Below, piece after piece: positions 28,231 through 39,137 of a DNA stretch of 64,000 nt; the stretch's first letter is position 1; every line of letters begins with the position of its first letter. The notes beneath the pieces were generated by a model. The model did not search any database. It was not told the DNA's origin and was given only the letters and a program-made list of their open reading frames with translations. Location: assembly GCA_050261115.1 (NCBI GenBank), contig JBLNCY010000006.1, positions 54,599 through 118,598 of the forward strand, read 5' to 3'. A program made the translations under genes and the position numbers. This DNA is from Methanocella sp. (lineage in GTDB: Archaea; Thermoproteota; Bathyarchaeia; Bathyarchaeales; Bathycorpusculaceae).

Positions 28231-29532
28231 CTACTTTTGGAGTATGTGGATTTCTCGTCCAATCTTGTGGCGTTCATCCATCTCCACCAAAATGGGCATG
28301 CTCATCAGCTTCTTGTGGTTTGGGGCTTGAGCGCTGAACATGGCATCGGTGAAAGCGTAGACCCGTTTGAATCCCAGTTCCTTGGCTTTTTCTTCTATAG
28401 GCATTACCACGGCTTCTCTTGAGCGGGTGCGGATGTAGGGTGTTACCAGTACGAGTCTGCCGTTGGGGCGAAGGACCATGTAGGCTTGCTCAAGGAAATC
28501 CATAAACAGCGGCTCGAGCTTGTCAATGATTTTCTGAGCGTAGGGGTTTGTGGGGGTTTCTTTTAATGCGGGGCCTAAGTCGGGTTCCGAGACCATACAG
28601 TCCACGCTCTCCACGCCGACTTTCTCGGCTAGGTGAGCTACGTCTCCAGGGATCACTCGGAAGTCGGCGTCTTGGAGGCGATACTCCCGCTCAATCCACT
28701 CTAGGTTTTCTGTGGCGGCTTTAACACACCATGGGTTCACATCAACCCCGATTATCATGGCGTGCTCAAGTAGCGCCTCTTGGAGTATGGTGCCTACTCC
28801 GCAGAAGGCATCAAGCAGCGTCTTGTCGCTTGTGCACTGCGAGAGGTTAACCATCATGCGTGCAAGGCGTGGCGGCATGCCAAAGATGGCTCGTTGGCGG
28901 GGTTTGTAGACGTCGCGTTTTTGGAATTCAAAGGGGTTATGTACAGCCACTGTGGTGGCGATCCATGTGTCGGTTTTGCCTATGCATAGTAGCAGCTCTG
29001 CCTGTTTTTGGGCCAGGTCTTTTTTGAGCACTTCTATGTGGCTGAGTTGGGCTTCGCTTCGATCTGCGCCGACACCCATAAAGCTGCTCTTCTTGCCCAG
29101 TACCGATAGCTCTTCTTTGATTTGGCTGCCGATGTAGCGTTGGATGCTTCCCCCGAGTGGTTTTATGCTGTTGTCGGAGGTGTAGATGCTTATGCCAAAC
29201 AGCAGTTTCCCCTCGTCGGATTGCGCCATGTTCTTTATGGCGTCGGTTGCAGTTAGGGCTTCTATGACTTGGTGCTGGGCTGATTTGGTTTTTTTAAGGA
29301 ACGCTTCCTTAATGGTTTCGGTGGGAACTTTGGTTTTTAGTTTGGCGATTTTTATGGTGCCGCCTAAGTCGTCGATGACTTTTGGGTCGAGGTCTTTTTG
29401 GAAGCTTAATGTGAAGAATTCGGTGGAGAAGTAGTCGATTTGGAACTCTACTTTATGTGCTTTGAAGTAAGCGGTAAGTTCTGCTAGCGAAAGTATCCAG
29501 TTTTTCCCTGAAATGAATAGATATGTTTGCAT
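28231..29532 (-). CDS. SAM-dependent tRNA methyltransferase (Trm11/TrmG10-like)
   Basis: MPPRLARMMVNL, DAFCGVGT, SEPDLG; probable start MQTYLF. Confidence 0.75.
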   Translation of the reverse strand: MQTYLFISGKNWILSLAELTAYFKAHKVEFQIDYFSTEFFTLSFQKDLDPKVIDDLGGTIKIAKLKTKVPTETIKEAFLKKTKSAQHQVIEALTATDAIKNMAQSDEGKLLFGISIYTSDNSIKPLGGSIQRYIGSQIKEELSVLGKKSSFMGVGADRSEAQLSHIEVLKKDLAQKQAELLLCIGKTDTWIATTVAVHNPFEFQKRDVYKPRQRAIFGMPPRLARMMVNLSQCTSDKTLLDAFCGVGTILQEALLEHAMIIGVDVNPWCVKAATENLEWIEREYRLQDADFRVIPGDVAHLAEKVGVESVDCMVSEPDLGPALKETPTNPYAQKIIDKLEPLFMDFLEQAYMVLRPNGRLVLVTPYIRTRSREAVVMPIEEKAKELGFKRVYAFTDAMFSAQAPNHKKLMSMPILVEMDERHKIGREIHILQK

Positions 29533-29714
29533 TATGGGAAAGAAAAGTAAACTAGCTATATAAGTTGATGAGCGGCAAGGGCCAATATTGGGCAAGAAAA
29601 GTAAACATTTAGAAATAGAAAAAACGCACGAGCACATCGCAGAATGTTTACAAATCGTTTAAATATGGCTTGACGAGAGAGTATGCTACCGAAAAAAATA
29701 CGTCGTGACGTCGC

Positions 29715-30257
29715 ATGCATGCAAGAAACTATAGGCACGTAAAGAACCGCGCTTACACTAGAAAAGAATACGCTCATGGTTTTCCACCTCCAAAGATTGT
29801 AAAGTTCACCATGGGAGACACAAAGGCTGATTTCGAAATTGAAGGACAACTCCTAGCAACCGAGAGAGTCCAAATCCGCCACTGCGCCCTAGAAGCAGCA
29901 CGCGTTGCAGCTAACCGTGTCTTAATGGACAAACTAATCAACGACTACTACATGAACGTTCATACCTATCCACACATCATCCTAAGAGAAAACAAGATGA
30001 TTTTCGGCGCACACGCAGACCGACTTCAGCAGGGAATGAGGCGCTCCTTTGGATCCGCAGTCGGTACTGCCGCAAAAGTAGAAGTCAACCAGCCAATCAT
30101 CACCGTCAGAGTAAAGAAAGGTCAAGAGGCAATCGCCAGAGAATCACTCAAACGCGGTAGCGCAAAACTTCCCATCGCTTGCAAAATAGTCATCTCCAAG
30201 AGACAGGCTTCCCCAGTAGCTCCTGAGAAAGCTGAACCGGAGACGGAGACTGCTTGA
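29715..30257 (+). CDS. rpl10e: 50S ribosomal protein L10e (uL16)
   Basis: ALEAARVAANR, LRENKM..GAHADRLQQGMRRSFG. Confidence 0.96.
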   Translation: MHARNYRHVKNRAYTRKEYAHGFPPPKIVKFTMGDTKADFEIEGQLLATERVQIRHCALEAARVAANRVLMDKLINDYYMNVHTYPHIILRENKMIFGAHADRLQQGMRRSFGSAVGTAAKVEVNQPIITVRVKKGQEAIARESLKRGSAKLPIACKIVISKRQASPVAPEKAEPETETA

Positions 30258-32680
30258 GCGTCAAACAAAACGAGCTTGTTTTGTGGTTTGACGCGCTAAG
30301 AAATACTGATGTTAACCTTGTTGGCGGTAAAAACGCCAGCCTTGGCGAAATGATTCACGCCGGGCTACCTGTTCCTTTTGGTTTTGCAGTAACAGCCCAC
30401 TCGTATGAACGCTACATCGTAGAGCGTAAACTTAGCGAGCAAATCTACAAAATTATTGAGGAAACAGTAACCAACCCAAATGATCCCAAACAGTATGATA
30501 CAGCGTCAAAGCGCATCCGCGAATTGATGGAGAAGACCCCAATGCCAGAAGACATCGAGGCAGCCATCAAACTCGCATATGCAGACCTAAACAAGCGATT
30601 TGCACTAAAAGACACCTTTGTAGCTGTACGCTCAAGCGCCACGGCCGAAGACCTCCCAGACGCATCGTTTGCGGGCCAACAAGAAACTTATCTCAACGTA
30701 AAAGGTCCAGACGAATTAATCCAGAAAGTAATCAAATGCTGGAGCAGCCTCTTCACACCCAGAGCCATCTTTTACCGCAACGAGAAAGGCTTCCCACACG
30801 AGAAAGTCTTCATCAGCGTCGGCGTACAGAAAATGGTAAACAGCCGATGCGCAGGTGTCATGTTCACCATTAACCCCGTCACGGGCAACCGCGACGAAAT
30901 CGTAATCGAAGGCAATTTTGGCTTAGGCGAAACCGTAGTTTCTGGTGCAGTAAACCCCGACGACTATGTCCTAGACAAGGCAACCGGAACAATTAAGGAA
31001 CGACGCATCGCCAAAAAAACAATCAAATACGTTCGCGATCCCAAAACAGGCAAAACCATACACCTCGATATCCCTGAAGAAGAGCAGAAGATTAGCTGCC
31101 TCTCAGATGTTGAGCTTGCAAAACTAGCTGAACTTGCTAAGCGAATCGAGAAGCACTACGGTAAACCCATGGATATTGAATGGGCAATAGATGCCGACCT
31201 TGAATTCCCCGAAAACATAATGTTGGTTCAAGCACGCCCAGAAACCATCTTCGGAACCAAAAACTTGGAAGGACAAAAAATGGAAGAAACCAAAGTTCAA
31301 GAGCAACTCAAAATCGTTGTACGTGGTATTTCCGCTGGAAGAAGAGGATACGGTGTAGGCAAAGCAGTTGTTGTCCTAAATCCAGATGACGCTCATAAAA
31401 TGATGAAGAAAGGCGACATCCTGGTCACAGGCATGACTGACCCTGACTTCGTGCCCTTCATGAAGATGGCCTCCGCTATCGTTACAGACAAAGGCGGTAT
31501 CACAAGCCATGCAGCTATCGTTAGCCGTGAACTAAACATTCCATGTGTCGTCGGTACCGAGACCGGTACACAAGTCATGAAGACTGGCGTTGAATACACC
31601 GTGGACTCAAGAAACGGCATCATCTACGAGGGCATTATGCAACAAGCAGTTGCTCCAGTTGCCAGCAACGGCGGCGCAGTCACCGTAGCAGCAGAATCCG
31701 CGCCAGTTACCGCTACAAAAATTTACATGAACCTCGGCACCCCCGAGATGATTGAGCAATACAAGAATCTGCCCTTTGAAGGCATAGGGCTCATGCGCAC
31801 GGAATTCATAATGGCAAGCGCAATCGGCCAGCACCCCATGCTATTCGTCGAAAACAAGGAAGAACAGAAATTCATCGACATATTCGCAGAAAACGTCGCA
31901 ATAGTAGCACGCGCCATCCAGCCCCGACCTGTAGTAGTCCGCTTAAGCGACTTCAAAACCAACGAATACCGCGGACTCAAAGGCGGCGAAAAATACGAAA
32001 TCAACGAAGAAAACCCCATGCTTGGCTGGAGAGGATGCAGCCGATACATCAGCAAATGGTACATCGACGCCTTCAAACTAGAATGCCGAGCCATCAAAAA
32101 ATGCCGCACCGAATGGGGCCTCAAAAACGTCTACGTCATGCTACCCATGGTTCGAACCCTCTGGGAAGCCAAACAAGTCCTAGAAATCATGAAAGAAGAA
32201 GGCCTAGAGCGCAGCAAAGACTTCAAAATCTGGTTTATGGCAGAAACACCCGCAATCGCCATCATGGCCGACGAATTCAGCAAACTAGTCGACGGCTTTA
32301 GCATAGGCTCAAACGACATGACACAGGGCGTCTTAATGATTGATCGCGACAGCGAACGCCTAGGACAAATGGGCTACTTCGACGAACGCGACCCAGCAGT
32401 CAAACGCATCATCGCCCACTTAATCCGCGTAGCACACGAAAACGGATGCACCGTAAGCATCTGCGGCGAAGGCCCAAGCAACCTACCAGACTTCGCAGAC
32501 TTCCTAGTCCGCGCAGGCATCGACAGCATCTCCGTAAACAACGACGCCGTAGTCCAGACCCGCAAAAACGTCGCACAAGTCGAGCAGAAAATTATTCTGG
32601 AGCGGCTAGCCGAGCAAGCAGCAATCGCAGCTGGTAAGCCACTCAAGAAGCCAACCCCCGAATGGGCTTGGCCATACTAA
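30254..32680 (+). CDS. ppsA: Phosphoenolpyruvate synthase
   Basis: VGGKNASLGEM, VRSSATAED, TSHAAIVSRE, EENPMLGWRG, SIGSND. Confidence 0.96.
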   Translation: MSVKQNELVLWFDALRNTDVNLVGGKNASLGEMIHAGLPVPFGFAVTAHSYERYIVERKLSEQIYKIIEETVTNPNDPKQYDTASKRIRELMEKTPMPEDIEAAIKLAYADLNKRFALKDTFVAVRSSATAEDLPDASFAGQQETYLNVKGPDELIQKVIKCWSSLFTPRAIFYRNEKGFPHEKVFISVGVQKMVNSRCAGVMFTINPVTGNRDEIVIEGNFGLGETVVSGAVNPDDYVLDKATGTIKERRIAKKTIKYVRDPKTGKTIHLDIPEEEQKISCLSDVELAKLAELAKRIEKHYGKPMDIEWAIDADLEFPENIMLVQARPETIFGTKNLEGQKMEETKVQEQLKIVVRGISAGRRGYGVGKAVVVLNPDDAHKMMKKGDILVTGMTDPDFVPFMKMASAIVTDKGGITSHAAIVSRELNIPCVVGTETGTQVMKTGVEYTVDSRNGIIYEGIMQQAVAPVASNGGAVTVAAESAPVTATKIYMNLGTPEMIEQYKNLPFEGIGLMRTEFIMASAIGQHPMLFVENKEEQKFIDIFAENVAIVARAIQPRPVVVRLSDFKTNEYRGLKGGEKYEINEENPMLGWRGCSRYISKWYIDAFKLECRAIKKCRTEWGLKNVYVMLPMVRTLWEAKQVLEIMKEEGLERSKDFKIWFMAETPAIAIMADEFSKLVDGFSIGSNDMTQGVLMIDRDSERLGQMGYFDERDPAVKRIIAHLIRVAHENGCTVSICGEGPSNLPDFADFLVRAGIDSISVNNDAVVQTRKNVAQVEQKIILERLAEQAAIAAGKPLKKPTPEWAWPY

Positions 32681-32741
32681 ACCACCCCTTCTTCATTTTT
32701 GTTTAATCACTTTTAAGTATCCATGCGTCAGTGGATACCCT

Positions 32742-33743
32742 ATGCCAAGCTTTGATTTTGAAGAGCAACGCATTATAGAAGAAATTCGGCGGCTAAATGC
32801 CAAGCGGGTGTTGCTTCAGATGCCCCAGGGACTAAAACCCCAAGCAACCGGCCTAGCTCAAATAGTTGAAGAAGCTGGGGCAGTTGCAATAATCTCCTCA
32901 GATCCATGTTATGGCGCATGTGACATCGCGTTGTTTGATGCAGAGGCGGTAGGGGCAGATTTGGTGGTGCATTTTGGGCACGCAAGAATGGTGCCTGACC
33001 ACAAGCCGCCCGCACTCTACATAGAGACTCATGCAAAAATACCTCTAGAACCTGCCCTCCAGCAGGCGCTTCCACTGCTAATACCTTACAAAACCGTTGG
33101 CTTAACAACATCCATACAGCATATCAACGCTATAGCAGAAGCCAAACAGTTCCTCACCAGCCAAGGAAAAACCGTCCACGTTGGCGATGCTGGGCAGCTT
33201 GCCCATGCTGGGCAGGTGATAGGCTGCAACTATAGCAACCCCAAAGCCGTCGCAGACCAAGTGGATGCCTTTTTGTTTATCGGTGGCGGCGTCTTCCATG
33301 CGCTAGGTATCGCCTTAGGCACGGGCAAACCCACCATCATCGCTGATCCCTACGACAACCGAGCCTACTCTATCACCGATGAAGCTCAGCGGCTCTTAAA
33401 ACAACGCTATGCAAGCATAACGGCGGCAAAAGACGCCCAAACTATTGGTGTACTTGTCGGCTTAAAGCCAGGTCAGAAGCACCTCGACCATGCATTTAAA
33501 GCCAAAGCCCTAGCCGAGAAAACCGGCCGCGCAGCCTACCTCTTAGCGGGGCGCGAAATCACCCCCGACGCATTGATGGAGTTCCCCCAAATCGACGCCT
33601 ACGTGAACACCGCCTGCCCACGCATCTCTCTGGATGCCCCCAGCAAATTCCAAAAACCCATCTTAACCGTTAACGAGTTTATGGTGCTCTGCGGAGAAGT
33701 TTCATGGAACGACATGATCAAAAAAGGCTTATTCGAAAACTAG
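32742..33743 (+). CDS. dph2: Diphthamide biosynthesis enzyme Dph2
   Basis: CYGACD, HFGH, GQVIGC, TACPR. Confidence 0.93.
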   Translation: MPSFDFEEQRIIEEIRRLNAKRVLLQMPQGLKPQATGLAQIVEEAGAVAIISSDPCYGACDIALFDAEAVGADLVVHFGHARMVPDHKPPALYIETHAKIPLEPALQQALPLLIPYKTVGLTTSIQHINAIAEAKQFLTSQGKTVHVGDAGQLAHAGQVIGCNYSNPKAVADQVDAFLFIGGGVFHALGIALGTGKPTIIADPYDNRAYSITDEAQRLLKQRYASITAAKDAQTIGVLVGLKPGQKHLDHAFKAKALAEKTGRAAYLLAGREITPDALMEFPQIDAYVNTACPRISLDAPSKFQKPILTVNEFMVLCGEVSWNDMIKKGLFEN

Positions 33744-34405
33744 ACCTCGAACTCTTTCTCGGCGGATTAGAGGTTATGCCAAATCCCAAGTGGGAACTCG
33801 AACAGTACACGACTCCCGAGCAGATAGCTGCCAACATCCTCTATATCGCAGCCTACACCCATGGTGACATTGTGGGGAAGCGGGTGCTGGATTTAGGATG
33901 CGGCACAGGACGGTTGGGGTTGGGCGCTGCTTTTCTGGGTGCAGAGCAAGTGGTCGGCGTCGACATTGACCCGCAAGCCATCGTGGTAGCACAGAAAAAC
34001 GCCGAAAAAGCAGGTTTAACCGACAAAATCCAATTCCAAAACAGCGACGTATCTGTCGTCGAAGGGCACTTTGATACCGCTATTGAGAACCCACCTTTTG
34101 GAGTACAGAAACATCAAGCTGACCGCTCCTTTTTGGCAAAGGCACTGCAGTCAGCCCCCAAAGTCTATTCGTTACATAACCACCCCGAAGTTGACGAGCG
34201 CCTCATAAAAATCCTCAAAACCAGTGGGAGCTTTGTTCAGGTGCTGCCCTCTCCCTTCTTAGAGCGGTTCATAGCCAAATATGGTGGCCACGTTCAGGCA
34301 GTTTATGCCATGCTAATGACCATACCCAAAATGTTCGAGTTCCATAGCAAACTCAAGCATGACTTCGTTATCGACCTATACGTTATCCAAAAATGCCTGG
34401 GATAA
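33704..34405 (+). CDS. METTL5-family methyltransferase
   Basis: LEQYTTP, DLGCGTG, NPPFG, VYSLH. Confidence 0.9.
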   Translation: MERHDQKRLIRKLDLELFLGGLEVMPNPKWELEQYTTPEQIAANILYIAAYTHGDIVGKRVLDLGCGTGRLGLGAAFLGAEQVVGVDIDPQAIVVAQKNAEKAGLTDKIQFQNSDVSVVEGHFDTAIENPPFGVQKHQADRSFLAKALQSAPKVYSLHNHPEVDERLIKILKTSGSFVQVLPSPFLERFIAKYGGHVQAVYAMLMTIPKMFEFHSKLKHDFVIDLYVIQKCLG

Positions 34406-34414
34406 TCGACACCT

Positions 34415-34975
34415 TTAGACTCTTAAGATGCCACGGAAGCCTCTGTTGCTATAGAATGAGGGTGCGCTGTTATGGTACACAAACACGTGGCCGTAGCGTT
34501 TATCGGCGAAGAGGGCGCCGTCGAGTTTTCGGATGTCGTCTGGCGTTTTTATCCAGCTTGAAGTTTTAGTATCGAATTCCCCGTGTCTCTGTAGCGCTCG
34601 GTATTGATCTTCATTTAGTAGTTCGATGCCCATGGTGGCTGCCATATCCACGGCGTTGCCTGCTGGGTGCCCCCCGTGTTTTGCCCTTTCCTTTTGGCCT
34701 TCACCATCATAGCAGATGTTTATGCGGCCTTTAGGCGTCTGCGGTGAGCAATCATAAAATATGTATTCACTTGTTTCTTTATCGTAACCAACAACGTCTG
34801 GTTCGCCGCCGCTCTTCTCCATTTCCCCAAGCGACCACCGTTTTGCAGGGTTAGCTTCAAGTTTTGCTTGAACATTAACCCATTCGAGGTCTGAGTGGCG
34901 GCTTGGGTTCTTCTCAAATCGAGTTTGTAGGGTTTGAAGTAATTTATCCTGTTGTTCTAGGGGCAGTTTATTCAA
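34415..34975 (-). CDS. DUF4256 family protein
   Basis: ME.SGGEPDVV, FDTKTSSW, VFVYHNSAPSFY..RGFRG. Confidence 0.85.
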   Translation of the reverse strand: MNKLPLEQQDKLLQTLQTRFEKNPSRHSDLEWVNVQAKLEANPAKRWSLGEMEKSGGEPDVVGYDKETSEYIFYDCSPQTPKGRINICYDGEGQKERAKHGGHPAGNAVDMAATMGIELLNEDQYRALQRHGEFDTKTSSWIKTPDDIRKLDGALFADKRYGHVFVYHNSAPSFYSNRGFRGILRV

Positions 34976-35456
34976 ATCAGCTTCTCCTAAACAAAAAGCG
35001 ATTTACCGATCTAGCCTGCTTCCTATGCCTTGACCTTCTATCAACTCATTACAGACGTGGTATTTTAAGTATCTAGCCATAAAACGACCTCAACCGTGGA
35101 AGTGACAAAATGTCTAGACTGCCCAAGAATGGTAAAACTCGTCAGAAACGCCGTTTTCAAGCGTTTTCCGTGCATAATCCGCAGAATGCGTCTGTCTACT
35201 TGCAGAATCGTTATGCAACCAACAGCAGCTCAGCATAAACGCAGACAGCAAAACAGACGTTTCTGCCCAGCTCTAAGAAAAAGCTTCTATAAGCGGGTTC
35301 ACAGCAACTTCTAATATTAAAAAACGGTTAACCAAGGGCAATGGCGCGGCATCCTGTTCTTCTTTATTAATCAAAAGGTTTATTGCGGTGAGTGGAAACT
35401 AAACCTATGCATTTATCAAATCAAGCTTACCATTTAACATTCAAAGATGAAAACCT

Positions 35457-36038
35457 ATGGCCATGAAAGCTCCTGAACAAAAAAGCGGTCACCTCGTTAT
35501 GCCCGGTGAACGCCTCGGCGTCATTGAAGAATTTATCCCCGACAGCGGTACCTACGTAAAAGACGGCGTCATTTACTCAAAAATCATTGGGCACAGCCTC
35601 GTAGACTTACAGAACCGCCGAGTCCAAGTTTATCCCCTCACAAAGGGTGCAGTAACCCCCAAGGTCGGAACCATCGTCCTGGGCCAAATTGGAAACGCCC
35701 AATCCGACAACACTCTTGTCAAAATCTTTAACGTTAGCAAGAAACAGATTTCCGGCAGCTTCGGTGGCATTCTACACGTTAGCGACGTCTCCGACCGCTA
35801 CATCGACCAGATGAGCGACGCAGTCAAACCCGGCGACATCATCCGCGCCAAAGTTATCAGCGAAAAAAACCAGATCTATCACTTATCCACCAACGACAAG
35901 AACCTTGGTGTCTTGTACGCATTCTGCTCCCGTGACAGCACCCTGCTTGTCCAAGACCACTACAACCTGAAGTGCCCCAAATGCGGCAACATTGAACGCC
36001 GAAAGATTGCTCCAGATTACGGCAAAGACCCACTATAG
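35457..36038 (+). CDS. csl4: Exosome RNA-binding protein Csl4
   Basis: VMPGERLG..EEF, S1 domain, GDIIRAKV, CPKCGNIERRKIA. Confidence 0.93.
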   Translation: MAMKAPEQKSGHLVMPGERLGVIEEFIPDSGTYVKDGVIYSKIIGHSLVDLQNRRVQVYPLTKGAVTPKVGTIVLGQIGNAQSDNTLVKIFNVSKKQISGSFGGILHVSDVSDRYIDQMSDAVKPGDIIRAKVISEKNQIYHLSTNDKNLGVLYAFCSRDSTLLVQDHYNLKCPKCGNIERRKIAPDYGKDPL

Positions 36039-36051
36039 GAGAGAAAAATTT

Positions 36052-36336
36052 ATGATAAAAGTCAACGTCCTAAAAAAAACTGACAACGAGCTAAAAATCG
36101 AAGTCGAAGGCTCCAGCCATGGCCTCTGCAACCTCATTCAGAAACGTCTATTGGAGGATAAACATGTCGATTTTGCGGGTTACGATGTACCGCACCCCTT
36201 GGCAAGCAACCCCATCATCTTTGTTAGGGTGAAGGGCAAAGCTAAACCAGAAGACGCCCTCCTAGCTACTGTAGAGAAAGTTCAAGAAGCTAACGAGGCC
36301 TTCGGTGAAGAACTCAACCGCGCCTTCAAAGCCTAA
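36052..36336 (+). CDS. rpoL: RNA polymerase subunit Rpo11 (L)
   Basis: EG..HGLCNLI, FAGYDVPHPL. Confidence 0.92.
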   Translation: MIKVNVLKKTDNELKIEVEGSSHGLCNLIQKRLLEDKHVDFAGYDVPHPLASNPIIFVRVKGKAKPEDALLATVEKVQEANEAFGEELNRAFKA

Positions 36337-36389
36337 CTCTATATTTATTTTCCAACTAAACCGTTTTTAACTTAGCGTGCATTAGGTGT

Positions 36390-36983
36390 GTGGGTGTATT
36401 GTTGGGCATCCACAAAGCGTTTGGGGTTATTAAACAGGAGATCCGTATTCTAGGTATAGACGACGGCAAATTCACACCCCACACCAAGGGTGACGTGTTG
36501 ATTGTTGGGGTGGTTTTTCGGGGCGGCTGCTCTCTAGATGGTGTTATGCATACTAAAGTAGCTATAGATGGTTTAGACGCCACCGACAAAATCGCTGCCA
36601 TGATTAATAGTTCTCCTCATAAGCCTCAACTCCGCGTAGTCATGCTTAACGGCATCACCGTTGCTGGCTTCAATCTAGTGGATATCCATAGGCTTCATTG
36701 TGACACGGGGTTGCCTGTCATTTCTGTAACTCAGGATAAACCCGACTTAGACTCCATCCATGAGGCTTTGAAGAATTTGCCTGATACCGAGTTGCGTTGG
36801 CAGATTGTCCAGAATGCGGGGGGCGTCCGTGTGGTTCAGAATAAGGGTGCTAAGCTCTATGTGTGCTTGGCGGGTATTTCGGTGGATGATGCGTTGATTG
36901 TATTGGATACAACGTCAACAAGGGGTAGCTTGCCTGAACCGCTCAGAGTGGCGCATTTAATCGCTTCAGGAATAACACCTTGA
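36390..36983 (+). CDS. DUF99 family (endonuclease V-like) protein
   Basis: RILGIDDG, DGLDAT, AGFNLVD, PEPLRVAHLIA. Confidence 0.9.
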   Translation: MGVLLGIHKAFGVIKQEIRILGIDDGKFTPHTKGDVLIVGVVFRGGCSLDGVMHTKVAIDGLDATDKIAAMINSSPHKPQLRVVMLNGITVAGFNLVDIHRLHCDTGLPVISVTQDKPDLDSIHEALKNLPDTELRWQIVQNAGGVRVVQNKGAKLYVCLAGISVDDALIVLDTTSTRGSLPEPLRVAHLIASGITP

Positions 36984-37053
36984 AACGGGAAAATTAGAAA
37001 AAGTATAAAAGCTACTGCACCAAGGAAATCCCGCAAAGGGAAAGTGTAAGTCC

Positions 37054-37410
37054 ATGGAATTTTGCCCCAAATGCGGTTCTAGACTTGAGCCGAAAAAATC
37101 CAAGAGTGGAAAGGAAGCGACACTTGTTCTTGCCTGTGCAAAATGCGGTTATAAAAAGCCTGAAGAAGGCGAAAAGATAGAGCAGAAAGTGGCGCCCAAA
37201 GTTATCCAACACAGCCCCCAACAATTCGTGGCAGTAATCGGTAAAGAGGAGCAGAAACTCAGCACCCTTCCCACTGTACGTATCGAATGCCCCAAATGCG
37301 GCAACAACACTGCCTACGTGTGGCAAGTGCAGACCCGTGGTGCAGACGAGTCTTCAACTCAGTTTTTACGTTGCACCAAATGCAACTATACGTTTAGAGA
37401 ATACAGCTAA
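37054..37410 (+). CDS. tfs: Transcription factor S (TFS)
   Basis: FCPKCG, CPKCGN, QTRGADES, RCTKC. Confidence 0.93.
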   Translation: MEFCPKCGSRLEPKKSKSGKEATLVLACAKCGYKKPEEGEKIEQKVAPKVIQHSPQQFVAVIGKEEQKLSTLPTVRIECPKCGNNTAYVWQVQTRGADESSTQFLRCTKCNYTFREYS

Positions 37411-37510
37411 ACGTCCCTCTTCTCTTATGTTTGATTAGCGGCACCGCTAGTTGCAGTTTTTTATCTATGTTTTTAAGGTTCCGGATGAACTATTTTTGTG
37501 TGTATTTGGC

Positions 37511-38545
37511 TTGATTGTAGGTGTATCTCAGAAGGCCGCCAAGTATAGGGCTTTTTTGCTCAAGATGCTACCGCTAGCTGCGTTTGCCGTGCCTTTGGCG
37601 ATACTGTATGTGGCTAACCCTTTTGATGTAAGCCTAAACGTTTCTGCGCAGGCGTCTTTTGAGTTAATGTGGAAAGGTCGCACTTTCCAGTTATTCTTTA
37701 TCTGGCTAATCGCACTCGAACTCATCTTAAGCTGGGAAGGGCTCGCTACTAACTTCAGAAATCACTCGAGGCTGGCAGCGTGCCTTGTGGCTTTGTTGCT
37801 TCCCTCGGTCTATCTGCTGCTGGCGTTTATGGGCTTAAATGACACCATAGCGGCGGCGTCAAGCCAAATGGGTGTTGCTTTCTCTGAGTCTATGCCGCTT
37901 GCCCTCGAGTACCTGGTTTTTGCAGCGTTCTTCTGCATAATCGCCTTTATTTGGTTTGGAAAAAAAGGTCTCACAGAATTCCTTTTGCCCACGCTATTTT
38001 TGCTGCTAGTAGGTTCACTCTACATCATCGATAACATCTTTCCCTACGGGCAATTCACTCCCTTTCAGCTACTTGTACCTACCACTGCGTCTCTATCTGA
38101 AGGTGTGCTTCGCTTCATGGGCTATGCCACCGTTTCCGGTGTGGAATTCGCTTCAGGGATGCCTACGCTTACTGTGTCGGGCCCAGTGGGAAATGCAACC
38201 TTTGCCATCGCATGGCCCTGCGCAGGCATAGAGAGCCTGCTCATATTCACCGCAGTCGCCCTACTATTCCTCAAAAGAATGCGCCTCTCCTGGAAAGCCA
38301 AAATTGGGTTCTTTGCCCTCGGAGCCGCTGTAACCTACTTCATAAACATACTCCGCATCGCGCAGATCTTCATTTTAGGGATGCAGTATGGCGAATACTC
38401 TGCTGAGGTAAACGCTTTCCACTTCTATTATGGACCGCTCTATGCCATGGTCTGGATAGTTAGCTATCCACTAATCATAGTTGCCGCTAATCTGGTCTTG
38501 GAAAAGTTTAGGAAACCTCAACCGCCACCGCCAGCCCCTGCTTAA
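37511..38545 (+). CDS. Archaeosortase/exosortase family protein
   Basis: Multi-TM protein; catalytic-type C (WPCAG), R (NILRI) and H (FHFY); start uncertain (37451-37565). Confidence 0.85.
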   Translation: MIVGVSQKAAKYRAFLLKMLPLAAFAVPLAILYVANPFDVSLNVSAQASFELMWKGRTFQLFFIWLIALELILSWEGLATNFRNHSRLAACLVALLLPSVYLLLAFMGLNDTIAAASSQMGVAFSESMPLALEYLVFAAFFCIIAFIWFGKKGLTEFLLPTLFLLLVGSLYIIDNIFPYGQFTPFQLLVPTTASLSEGVLRFMGYATVSGVEFASGMPTLTVSGPVGNATFAIAWPCAGIESLLIFTAVALLFLKRMRLSWKAKIGFFALGAAVTYFINILRIAQIFILGMQYGEYSAEVNAFHFYYGPLYAMVWIVSYPLIIVAANLVLEKFRKPQPPPPAPA

Positions 38546-39137
38546 TCAGGATCTGCGCGTTTAGGGCAGGCAGCGTTGCCACGTCTTCGGCGTTGAATGG
38601 CCCGTAGGATTTCAGGTCTGCGCCCATAATTGCGGGGATGCTTTTGATGAATCGTAGCGTTAGGCGTTTATGGGTTACGTGTGTTTGGGGTTTGAGTTCG
38701 GGTTTTGCTGTTGGCGTTTGTGGGGTTGGGGTGGCTTGGGTCAGGGTTGGCTGGGTGATGGTGACTGTTATTTGGGTTTGTTGGCCTTGCATGAGGTTTT
38801 TGGCAAATTCCGTGTAGGCGTTCTCGAAGCTCACAAGGTTTTGACACATCTTAGCTTCTTCAGTGGTTAAGAGCTCGATGGGCGCTCGGTGCATGCGGGT
38901 TATGGTTTTGAGGATTTTTCGGTACCGCATTGACAGGAGTTCTTCAAGCATCCGCTCCACGTTGCGGGCTTCATGCTCAAGCAACTTAACTTTAACTGAC
39001 TTGTTATCCAAAGCGCCCTTGTCTTCTTTAATGTGGGCAAGGTATTCTGTTAGTCTAACGTAGAAGTCAGGCTCTAACCCCCCTAGGGTGGGGTCTTCGA
39101 TTTCCCTTTTCCAAGCTGCAAAAAGCTGATCATACAT
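38508..39137 (-). CDS. gins15: GINS subunit Gins15 (Gins51)
   Basis: L..DFY, RYRKI, LTTEE; C-terminal B domain IMGADLKSYGPF..EDVATLP..NA. Confidence 0.88.
   Translation of the reverse strand: MYDQLFAAWKREIEDPTLGGLEPDFYVRLTEYLAHIKEDKGALDNKSVKVKLLEHEARNVERMLEELLSMRYRKILKTITRMHRAPIELLTTEEAKMCQNLVSFENAYTEFAKNLMQGQQTQITVTITQPTLTQATPTPQTPTAKPELKPQTHVTHKRLTLRFIKSIPAIMGADLKSYGPFNAEDVATLPALNAQILIKQGLAVAVEVS

Noticed and set aside
35096-35314. 72-aa ORF with CxxC in a long spacer
   Set aside because: Atypical composition, no SD and no family recognised; left uncalled.
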